In this document: in pieces, positions 18,609 through 30,600 of the stretch
Position numbering within the stretch: the stretch's first letter is position 1
How the letters are laid out: each line of letters opens with the position of its first letter
IMG/VR virus record: IMGVR_UViG_3300008117_000138
Location: 1 to 37,822 of that record
DNA: 37,822 nucleotides
Reading direction: 5' to 3' (one strand)
Source of the DNA: a virus
Lineage: Duplodnaviria > Caudoviricetes
The notes under the pieces: model-generated
Seen by the model: only the letters and a program-made list of their open reading frames with translations
Databases searched by the model: none
What the model was told of the DNA's origin: nothing
Position numbers and translations under genes: made by a program

Positions 18609-21600
18609 ATGTCCGTACCCAATAGTGTTATACCTGAAGCTTTACAGGGTGAATATTTTGATGACCCTATACTCTCCATTCCTGAACAGGAAACTGGAGT
18701 TTTTGATGTACTTAGTGCCGGTGATTATGGCGGAGCTTCAGCTAAATCAAGCATTAATTCTATAGAAAATAAACTTAGTGAGTTTGCAGGTTCTCCTACA
18801 AGTATTGAGACCTTGTCTGCACCTAGGTTTTTTGACTATGATGCTACTCAAGCCGATAGATACAAGCAGTCTAAATATTTTACTTCTATAGGCTTTGACC
18901 CTACAATTGGTAATGAAAACGAGTACCGTTATGGAGCACGTCAAACCTGGGGAGATGTATGGAAAAATGGTTTTTCTGGAATGTTTGCATTGGCCGGAAA
19001 TACCTATGTTGAAGGCTGGAAAGGATGGGGTCACTTAGCTGATGCTGTGGCTTCACAGGACTTTTCAAAACTTACAGGTACTGAAGATCAGCTTTTAGAA
19101 CAAGATAAAGCTACTAAAGATATACTTAATAAGTATGCAATATTCAGCACTCCTGAATCTGAAGAAGGTGTTTTTAACCGTAAGTTTTTTGGAGACATGT
19201 TACAACAGTCTGGATTTGCGGTTGGTACTATTGCTCAATTTCTTTCAGAAGAACTTATAACATGGGGGCTTTCTACAGAATTTTCTTTGGCTAAACTTGG
19301 AATGAGAGCTCCTGGTTGGGCAGGTAGAGTAGTATCTCATGCTGATGTAGCAGAGGATCTAGTTAAACTGGGTAATCCCGTATGGAAATCTAGAAGCTTT
19401 AATCAAGGTTTTGTACAAGCAGCTCGCCAATTTGTTCCTTTTGTAGACACTGCATATACAATGTCTAAGTATGGTAAGGCTGGTGCAGGAGCTTTACAGC
19501 TTGCTTCAATTGGAGTTGGTGGAGTAAGAAGGTTTTTGTCTGAAGCTAATATGGCTATGACAGAAGCTCGTATGGAAGCAGCTGGTACTTACGGTGAGCT
19601 ATATAATAAATTATATGACGAAGAGCTCAGAAAGACAGGCCAGGCTCCTATAGGTAGTGAGTTAGAAGCTATTAAAAATGCATCTATGGATGCTGCCTAT
19701 GATAACTTTAAAGTTAACACTGGCATCTTAATGGTTTCAAACCGTTTACAGTTTGACAACTTGTTCAGTCGTTTTGGGGCAGGTAGATCTTTCTTTGGAG
19801 CAACGGGTGAGTTTGCTGATGATGTACTAAAAGTTAGTGGCAAGTCTGCTGTAAGTGAGACAGGTGAAAAAACAATGAAAGCTTATGCAAAAGGTAAGCT
19901 GGGGACTTTTGGTTTATTGGGTGAAATATCTCGGGACTTTGGTAAAAGAACTGCGGCATGGGAGGCAACCAAATCTTTAGGTAGAAATTTATTTAAGTGG
20001 GAAACTACAGAGGGACTTCAGGAGTTATTTCAGGAAGGATCTAATAAAGGATTACAAGACTATTACTATGATATGTATCATGGTGCTAAAGGATACGATA
20101 GTAAGGCAGAGTCTATAATGGGCGGCATAGATAATCCATTTACTAATATCCAGGGTACAAAGACATTCCTTATGGGTGCTTTGACTGGTAGATTACTTTC
20201 TCCTATAAACTTTGCAGTAGGTAAGGCAAAATACTACTCCGGTACAACACGTGCTGAGAGAGCAGATAGGAAAACAAGATTAGATGAGTCTATTTCTTTG
20301 GTTAATGCTTTCTATGAAAAACCCGGTCTGTTTTTAAATGAGCATATTGCAAATGTAAAAGTTCAAGATCGTGCTGCTAAGAACATGGAAGAAGCCATCA
20401 AGAACCGTGACAAGTATGAGTTTGTAAACAACAAGGATGGTGCTTTTGCAAAGATGATGTCTGCTGCTATTAAGACAGACATGCACAAAGCCGTAATTAA
20501 TACTATCAGAGAATACGGTGATGCATTTAATGATGAAGAGTTTAAGCAGGCTTTTGGTCTGGATAAGACTCAGGAGAATATATCTTCTGTTAAAGACTAC
20601 TTTAACAAGGTAGCTGATGAAACTGAGCAATTCCACAAAACATGGAAGCAGCTTAAAGATAAGTTCGGAGATGCTGTTATGGTTGACTTATACAAAGAAG
20701 GAACTCCAGAACGTAAGATTGCATTAAGAGCTAAGCGTGCTTTGGATGATGCTATTGAAATCCTGGCTACGAATAATTATAAAGCTACTCGTTCTGCACA
20801 AAGAGCGGTAAATCTACAAACAGAAGTAGCAGCTATCCCAGGGATTGGAAGTAGTGTAGCAACTGCTTTCAGAAACATGGGAGCTATTCAAAATACTGAA
20901 AAAGAGATTGAGCTCTTAGAAAATGAAATCAAAAATCTAGAGAGTTCTGAGAAGAAAGACAAGGCTACTAAAGACTTAATCAAGTCTAAAAAGAATCAGC
21001 TTAAGTCTCTGAACAACTGGAAAGAAAATCATGAAGCCCTAAAGCTTAAGAATGTAAAACAGAAAAGGAAGTTTAAAAAAGCCATTTCTGCTTTTCAATC
21101 CTATTTGGTTTCAAAGAATATGGAGTCTGGAATAACTCAGGACGTTAAAGTTGATGAGGTAGAAGAAATTTATGAAAAGCTGATTGACTATGTAGAACTT
21201 AATAAAGATAGCAAGGACTATATAGATGCATATAATACACTTGCTAATCCAATCAAGTTTGTACAGGTTCACAAGCGTCTGCTAGATGCTATGGATGCTG
21301 CTGCTGAAAAGCTTAATCAGGAACATATTGCTGAAACAATTCAAGCTATTACTCAGAAAAAAGCAACTACTCCTGATGATCAAAAAGAAGAAGAAGCACC
21401 TGACTTTACTAAGTACATGCAGGATGCTTATGAAAGCATGAAAGGAGCTGGGCAAACCGACCTAAGTTTTGACGAGTGGGTTAATAGTCCTGCTGGTAAA
21501 ACTTTTACACAGTTATATAACAAGAAGTACAATAAGAATCAATCCTTAGCTGAAGAGGCTAAGGTGATGAAAGAAACACTTGCTACCATAAAAAAAGATA

Positions 21601-24600
21601 TTGAGGGAGCTGATACACTTACTCCAGAAATAATGGAGGATGTGTTTAATAGGCTTTCTATGGCTTTAGGTGTATCTATAGCTGAGGTAGAGAATGCATA
21701 CTTTGCTTATCAGGATACTTTAAAACCTGAAGAGGTAAAGCAGGCCTTGTTAGATATGGGTGTTAAAGAAGGTATGCCTGCAGAGCAGGTGGCTTCAATG
21801 ATGTCAAAATACTTGCTTCCTAAGTTTATAGATAACTTAATAGCAAATAATGGTCTTGCTAAGGCTAAACAACAGCAGGTAAATCCTGCTGATAACTTAG
21901 ACGTTATTGAATTGCCTTCTAGAAAGGTCAAGATGACCAAACCTAAACTCAACAAAGGTGAGAGTCTTATAGATGATGGTAAAGACGGTGTGTTTATTGT
22001 GAGGGGTGAAAACGGTCTGCACCAGATTATGGACTCAGATAGAAATGATCCTTTAGAAAGAAGCACTAGCGTAAGCTATGTAACAAAAGCAGAAGCCTTA
22101 GCTGCCCGTGATGAAATCATTGCTCAAAGAACAGAGAAAGATAAAAAAGACAGAAGCTTCTATGCTTTCAGTGGTAAAGATATCAGAGCTGGGTTGATCG
22201 TTACAGATAATAAAACTGGTAAAGAATATGTGGTTGCCACAAAGGGTGAGCCATTCTATGCTAACGAGGATAAAGACAAGAAGACTCCGCTCATTAGGCT
22301 AACGCTTCTACGAAACCGTCAAAGGACTAACAGTTCAATGATTGTGTCTAACCTTGATGGTTTTACTATTAAACAAAAAGTAGAGACCCAAGAGTCAGGG
22401 GAAGTAATTGACTCATCTGTGTTTAGACTAGTTCGTACAAATGAGCTCAGCCGAGTATACCCTCATATTAATAGAAATGCTAGCGAGTCTGAAGAAGCAG
22501 CTCAAAAAAGATTAGATACACTACTGAAAACTACAGATCCTAAAGAACTGGCTGCAGGTATTAGTATTAGAATAAGTGAAAACCCTAAGAATGATGCTTT
22601 AAAGAATGTGGCTGGAGGTAAGAAGACTAACGCCAATCTTGTACAAGCTAAAGAAAAATATAAAATACAGATTCTTTATAAGGGAAGCCCTATTGGCTAT
22701 CTAACAAACTATGACAACTTAAGATTTATGGCTGACAACGGTACTATTGTTCCGATGTCTAACCTTACTCTTGAGCAGTTCAGAAAGATTTTTGACAGTC
22801 AGGGTAAGGACCCAATGGCTCAAATGCAGGAGTTTAAGTCTAACTATAACTCTTCAAGAGCTGTATTTGCTGCACTAAGCAAGTTTGTAAAGCCAGGTCA
22901 GGAGGTTGAAATTACACCAGAGCAGGTAGCACAGATTATAAAGTTTAATGTAGGTACGGGTGAGTTTGACTTTGTAGAAAAAGGTGTGACATTTGATCAG
23001 CTTCCTTATAATACAATAGACGGCTATTACTATATTATTGACCGAAGTAAGCGTTATGGTAAAGGGTTTACCTTTAAGACTACTGAAATACCTATTACTA
23101 ATGCTACTGGTCAGGCTCGTAAAGATATTGAAAAGCAGATAGCTCAGGTAAGAGCTGTACGTGATACCACAGCCCAGTTAGGTAGGTATATTGCTGTAGT
23201 AAAAATGCCAAACGGAAATATCCGTTTTATTGAGTTAGCTACAGATCCAATGTCAGATGAGCAGTTGAATGACTTAGTTAACAAGCTTAACGAGCGTTCT
23301 GCTGTCACAAAAGAAAAGAACGTTGAGACTGGTGAAAATGATAAGAAAGAAAAGATCTATGTCCGTAAGAAGATAGACTACAATGAGGAAATTAACTCAG
23401 AAATTGCATCTACTTTATTTATATCTGTTCCACAACAAGGTATAGGTACTTATGTTGACTTTGCCTTGAATGACACAGGTAATCTTGAGCTTACTTTCCA
23501 TAAGAAAGTAGGTGACAAAGATATCCGTAGGCAGATATATGTTTATGGAAAAACCCTGGCAGACCCTGCAAAGTTTGCAAGTATAGATGATATGATCAAG
23601 CAGATAAATGCTGCTATAGAAAATCATGATAAGAACTATGCAAAGAATGAGTCTCACAAGATTGGGTTTACTCTAACCAGAGATAATTTTAAAATATCTA
23701 TACCAGATACTATTTCTATAAGCCAGGTAACCGGTAATGAAATTAAGTTTCGTACTGGTGTATCAGAGGATGTGGTAAAGAATGTACCGTTGTCTGTAAG
23801 AGCTATTACAGTTGACCCTGCTCCTTCTACTCCTCCTCAGTCTACGCAGGTTACTCAGTCTCAGCCCGCTACTAAGAATAAGGAGCTAACTGAGCAAGAA
23901 AAGCAAGCTATACGAGATAAGATAGCTCAGCAGTCTGGTGCCCCATCAGGTACTGGAATATCCCAGCAGCAAACAGAAACTAAACCTTCAAGTCAGAATC
24001 CAGCATTGGATCAGGCTATGTTGGAACATGATAGTTTGAAAAGGGATAAAGAGTTAGAAGTTATAAAACGTAGAGATGAAAAGATAGGCCAAGGTCTTGG
24101 TGGTGGCAAAGCTACAATAGAGGCTAATAATGAAGCTTCTGCTTTATTTGATAAAAAGATAAAGCAGGCTAAAGAAAAGATTAACCAGATAAAGAATGCT
24201 GGTAGGAATACTGCTTTAAAGATCACCAGTCGTCCAGTATTTGATCAAGGTAGTGTAGTAAACATTGATGAGTTTAGAAAATATATCAATCGTATACTTG
24301 GAGATAAGGTTTCTGTACAAGAGATGAATATTCTTGCTGATCGTCTTAAGAACGGTCAGATTACAGTAGGTAGATTTTTAACATACTTAGAGGCATTACA
24401 AAATGGGTCAACTTCTGTCAAAGGACGCATTGAGGTTGGTGCCAATACGCCTTTTAAATATCACGAGGCTTTCCATGCGGTGTTTCGTTTAATGCTTTCA
24501 GATACCCAGATAGATAAACTTCTTGCTTATGCAAAGATTGAGGTTTCTAAAAAAAGCATTAATGTAAAGTCTGAAATGCAGAAGATGCGTGAGCTTCACA

Positions 24601-27600
24601 CTATCTATGCAGAGATGTCTGATAAAGAACTGGAGGAAAGATTCTATGAAGAGTACATGGCTGACCGTTTTGAAGAGTTTAAAAACAACCAAGCTGAAAG
24701 TAAAACACTTCCTGGTATCCGTGGTTTCTTCCAAAAGCTTTGGGATTTTATAAAAAGTTTGTTTGCACGTGGTTCACGTAATGAGCTTATTAATCTGTTC
24801 CGTGAGATTGATCGTGGAGCCTATAGAAATAGTAAAGTACGGGATAACCGTTTTACCAAGCAAGATGCATTAAGTATTAGTGAGCCTGTGCTCAAAGCTA
24901 TTAAAGTTGGTGAAATAGACGTACTGGATGAAAACGGTATGTATATTACTATACCTAAGTATCTGTCTCAGCAAGAAGGTGACCAGCTTGCAAGCACTGT
25001 TGCTTCTATGTACCACATGCGAGTATTAAACAGCACTGGAAGTTACAATAAGAAAAAAGTGCTGGAAGATATTTTTGCAGACTTTGTAGAACTATACAAC
25101 CCAGATGGTTCTAAAAAAGAGTTTTACTTAAATGAAATGGATGGCTTGTATGAACAAGATCCTGAGCTGGCAAGAGAATACTATGAAAAGCTAAAACAGA
25201 AGTATGAAATCTTTGTTGAGGCTGATAACAGAAAGACTCTTGGTGAAGCTGTTGATGTTCACTTACGTATTATGGGGTATCAGCAGGAACTTGAAGATGA
25301 TGAGTTTGTTACAATGGAAGATGAATTTGGTTCTCGTGTGACTACAGACAACTGGAAAGAGACCCATTCAATTGGCGGATTTGGAAGCTTGAGTAAGTTC
25401 TTACGCCAATATATTGCTGCTACAACATTTACTGTTGATAACGATGAGTTTGGAAATACTCAGTTTGTAAACGGAGAGCCTCTTATTCAAGCTGTGAATG
25501 CTAATCTTGTGTATAATGGTGTTCTGAAAGCTGTTGCTAACATAACAGATCAGACTCAGTTTGTACGTAGATTACAACAGCTTAGAGATAATAATACTGA
25601 GACTGGTAAATTTCTTAATAAGTTTTTTAATGATGTAGACTTGACAGTTGATCCTGTCACAGGAGAGTTTACTGTAAATAATCCTAAGCAGGCTACTCTT
25701 TTCCAAATGGTTATTAAAGGGTTTCAGCAGTACACAGTTGACTATATCTTTATTAATAAAGACATCCGTAAGGGTAAAAAGATGTCTGCTCTTATGTTGG
25801 CTAACCGTATGGGAGAAGCCAAAGCTCAATTTACCCAGTGGCAGAACGCATATGTTCAGGTGTTTGAAACTGAAATTTTACGGTTAAAAAGCTCTGAAGA
25901 AAAGAGGGCTTTTGCAAAAGAAAGAACGGAAACACTTCAGGATCTTCTAACATATTTAGACCCAGGAACTTACATTTCAGACGAAGACTTACATATTGAG
26001 TCTCAAAGAATTAGTGATCAGCTTAAACAAGACCTGGGTATTTCTCTTTCACCATTGTTTATTAAGTTCTCTATAGCTTCTAAAAAGAAGGCTGATATTC
26101 GGACTGAAGCACAGCGTAAGCTTACAGAGTCTTACGCTGACATTGAAGGTACTACTATAGAGTCTGTAAAGCAGATTATTAAATCTATACAGGCTCTTGA
26201 GAACCCCTTTGCTAAGAACCTGGATAGTTTAAAGGAAGAGCTTATAGTTCTTCCTGGTGAAGAGCAGGACGAGCAGGATGCTGTGGATGATCTTGGGGAG
26301 GGCGGTAACGTAAGTCGTATTAACGATCTAGCTAAAGGTAATGCTATCTTTGATGAAACTGTATCTAGTACATCGTATAAGAACGCAGAAGGAGAACTAG
26401 TTTACGCTCACCAGTTGCCTACTTTCCATCTTGTTAAAGTAAACTCACTAAACAATGCAGAAACGTTAAATACAATATCTCAAGATGATTTTGTCTTGGG
26501 TAACATGTTGTTGGAATCAAATGAGTTTCGTCATTTATTAGGTGATCTTAAAGTAGAAAGAATAGAGGGTATGAAAAGCTCTATTCTGAATGAAACTGAA
26601 GATGGCAAGCTGATTGAAGACAAGACTATTTCTTCTAACCAGAATAAGGGTATTACATACGGCAGCTTTTCTGACCGTGAGTTTATAGTATCTCTGTTAG
26701 AGCTTTATAAGTATAACAAGGAGGTAAGGGGTGAGAAGGGTACTTTCTTTACAAGTCAGCATCTGATCAGGGTTATTGAAGCTTCTAACACCGGTGACAC
26801 AATTGGTCTTCCTATTGTTAAAGCAGTAGAGACAGATACAGACGGTAAAACTAAGCTTTCTAAAGAAGCAGTTATTACGCTTGCTAAAGAAGTAGCTCGG
26901 GAGTTTGCCAGAATCCAGAAAGTAAATCTGGAAATAAAGACAGGCATCTATAACGATGGTGAGATAGAAGGATACCATTATGCTGTTGATAGTAACGGAA
27001 ATAGAGACGCTAAGAAGAAACCCCGTGGTCTCAAGTTTTATAAGATGGCAAACATGCTTGGAAAGCAGCTTGCCGAAGAATTAGAGGCCAATGCTTTAGA
27101 TCCTTCATTTGATATTAATACCAAGATTGCCAAGATAAACTCACGTATCCAGGAATACTGGGGTGAGAAAATCAATGAGTTTGTGGACAAGCTGGATGAT
27201 CTTGGAGTAGTTACTAAAAGTAAGGATGAGGAAAACAACGAGACCATTATAAATAATCTTGTTGATGATTTTATAGTAACCGGTTTTGAGTCAAAGACAG
27301 ATGAGAACAAGAACATACCTGATGAGAAAAAGAATGGTAAGTTAAATTTGATTCCTGGTAATGTAAGACATAACCTTGGTCAGATCTTGATGAATGACTA
27401 TCTCAACACTTTGTCATTTAATCAGTTGCTATATGGAGATGAAGCCAAGGCCTTTAAAGATGACATTGATCAGGTTAAGCGTGCTAAAGGTGCTAACGGT
27501 TCTGGGGCTAGCTTAGAGTCTGTTATTCTTGCACCTGAGCTTGGTATTACTGAACAGTTTACTAAGTCTCACATATTGACATTCAATGATCCTAAGTACA

Positions 27601-30600
27601 AAGCTAAGTTTGCAGGTGGTTTAAAAGACAAGGCAGATGCTCAGTCTTACACTACAGTGAAGGGTATGAGGTATACTCTTTTTGGGCTTGGTCAACTTAC
27701 TGCTCGCAGAGCAGAGATATTAAATAAGATTGAAAAAGGTGAAAAGCTTAGCCCAGATGAGATCTTTGGTGACAATGGTCTGAAGTCAATAGAGGGCATG
27801 TTCAACTCATACAAGCTTGTATACTTTGACGGTCCTCAGTACATCAAGACTTCAACTGTAATGCTTACCAAAGAACTAACGTCTTTACAGGTTGATGGTA
27901 GGTGGATTGCCCGCCCAGGTTATGAAGAACTTCATGACTTGAGAGAGCGTATGGAAAGGTTTGAAACAGAGAACACTACAGTGACATTTGCTGCACCAAA
28001 ATCAGCTAGTAAGGGTATTAAGAGAAACATATTTGATTCTAGAACAGGTTTCAGACATGCCTCAGATGATAATTTTGTGGGTCAGAGTACTAAGTACTGG
28101 AGACTACAGCTGGTTAACCCATCTAATAAGATCCAGATAACAGATCCCACACAGGCTAAACAGATCATTATTGCTGAGCAGGATGACAGTACCCAAGTTA
28201 ACTTCATGGGTTCTAACACTACGGTAGGTGAACTAAAGAAAATCTATCTACAGGATACCGATCAACGTATTAAGAATAATTACTTCAGAGCACGTAATGA
28301 CATCTTTTCTATTGAACAAGGGTTTGAAGAACTAGGTAAGTCTATACAGCAGGATAAGATTACTGCCAAGCTTGAAAAGTTTCAAGACAGAGCTCTTGAA
28401 ACGCTTAGATCGTCCGGTGCTGACAGTCAACTGTTAGAGTTTTTCTCATTAGACGAGGAGACTGGCAAGCCTAAATATAACTTGAACAGCACTCTCACTC
28501 TTGAAAAGTATACTCAGCTATTCTTAGCTTACTTCTCTAAAGGTGTGATGAGTGAAAAGTCTCCAGGTCACTCTGTTGCTTTGATGTCAAACTTTGGCGT
28601 TAAAGTGGTAAAGCAGTTTACTGGAAGATTTGATGAAGAAGGTAATCCTATTGGTGAGGTAGTACAACGGTCTGTTGTAGAAAAAGATCCTAAAAAGTAT
28701 ATGAGGGCTAAGCGTTGGAACAATGACTTGGACCGTCAGTTTACAGATCTCAAAGAAGGAGATTTTTATATAGATGACTTGCGTCACAATGTACCAGAGT
28801 ATGATAAAAATGGCAAGATCATTGGTCGTTACTCAGAGTTTATAATGCCTCCTCACTTTATGGAGGATATGAATCTTAGACCGGGTGATAGAATTCCTGA
28901 TCATATTGCTAAAATGTTTGGCGTACGTATTCCAAGTCAGGACAAACACTCATTCATATCATTAAGAATGGTGGACTTTATGCCTGCTTACTACGGTTCA
29001 ACAGCAGTATTTCCTCACGAACTTATTGAGATTTCTGGAGCTGACTTTGACATAGATAAACTCTATATGCATATTGCTGATACCTATACAAAGGGTGGCA
29101 AGCGTGTGGCATATGGCTCTGCTAAAACAGCTGAAGGAAAGTTTGAAGAGTTTGTAAAGTGGAACTCAAAGAATAATAAGACATTCAAAGAAGAACTAAA
29201 TTCTAGAAAAGAAACTGATCCTGCGTATGCAGCAGTTCTTAAGAAGATAGCAGATCTTAAAAAGTTAGAAAAAGACATTGACAAAGCTTTTGAAAACATT
29301 CAAGAATCAGATGGTTCTATTCGCCAGGGCTTTGCAGCTGCTATTAAAAGTTCAAGACTTGTTGATGCTGTCAGACAGAAGTTATCAGGTATACCTGAGC
29401 TGAAGGAGTTTTCAGATGAGTATGGTCTTATAGAAGACACATATTTTGTTAGAGACCTGCAGGAAATGTTGAAGGCATTAGATGAAAAAGAGGAAAGAGA
29501 CTTTGTACTTAGTATGGGTACTCAGTGGTATAATGAATTTAATTCTATAGCCAGGGAGATGCAAGATATAGAAACAAGACTTATTCAGGATACTTTAAAG
29601 AGCATTGGCCTTCCTGCTACTTTTACAGCACTTGCTAGCTCTAAGACAGAGCTAAACAACGGTGTCTTGAATAACCGAATACTTGCACAGAAGATAGCTC
29701 TTCTTAACAATGAGCATATTACCAAAGGCGGTACTAGTGCTATTGGTTTTGAAGTGGCATCAGTAAAAGCACTTAGTGATCTATTAGATTCTAATACATC
29801 TGATAATCTTTTGGATCTTCTGTCAACAGGCGTTGATGAGGATGGAAATAAAATATATCCAAAAGGTTTGGCAGAGGTGCTTCTTGAAGGAGGATCTGAC
29901 ACTGACAGCTTAATTGGAAAGTACAAGGCCTACAAGAATAACAAGGAAGGTTCTAGAAATATTGGTCCTGCTGTAAATGCCATGCTTGTTTATGCTATTA
30001 TGAACAACTTTGGTATTAAGTTAAGGGATACTTATGTAGGATCAGATGGTAAGCAAGCTAAGATGTTTAAGTTCAAACTAAATGGGCATGTCTTTTCTGA
30101 CTACGGAAATACTAGAAGCTACAATTCTTCTACAGGTAAGTATGATTCTAACCAGCGTATATTCAATACAATATCTACATTGGTATCGGCTATGACCGAT
30201 AACGCTAAAGAGCGTCTGGCTGCACGTCTGGGTCTTAACATTGAGGCTGTTGGTTATGTATCTAATATGGTTGCCCAAGGTGTACCTCTTCGTTCTGCAG
30301 TTTTATTTATGCTTCAACCTGTTGTGCGTGAATACTTTGAGCAGACAAAGATTGCCTCTAACAATATTAAGACTGGTGCTGAAAGTCTGATATTCAAGTC
30401 TAATGTAGCCAAAGAGCTTCTTCAAAAATATCAGGAACGAGCCGGTGAAGAATATTCTAAAGAGGACTTAACAGATGACATACTGGTAAGTAACATAAAG
30501 GATAATGGTTCAAGTGCTACATACCAAGCTTCTGTAATGGAAGACTTTATGGGCATTATGAATCAAAGCCGTTATTATAGTGCCGTAGCCGGTATCTTAA

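Noticed and set aside
22890-22945. KPGQEVEITPEQVAQII in the RNAP resembles the C-terminal motif PGDEIEVTPEELQML
   Set aside because: It is internal, short and lacks the terminal G-x-x-E-x-I strand, so it cannot be distinguished from chance without a profile search.
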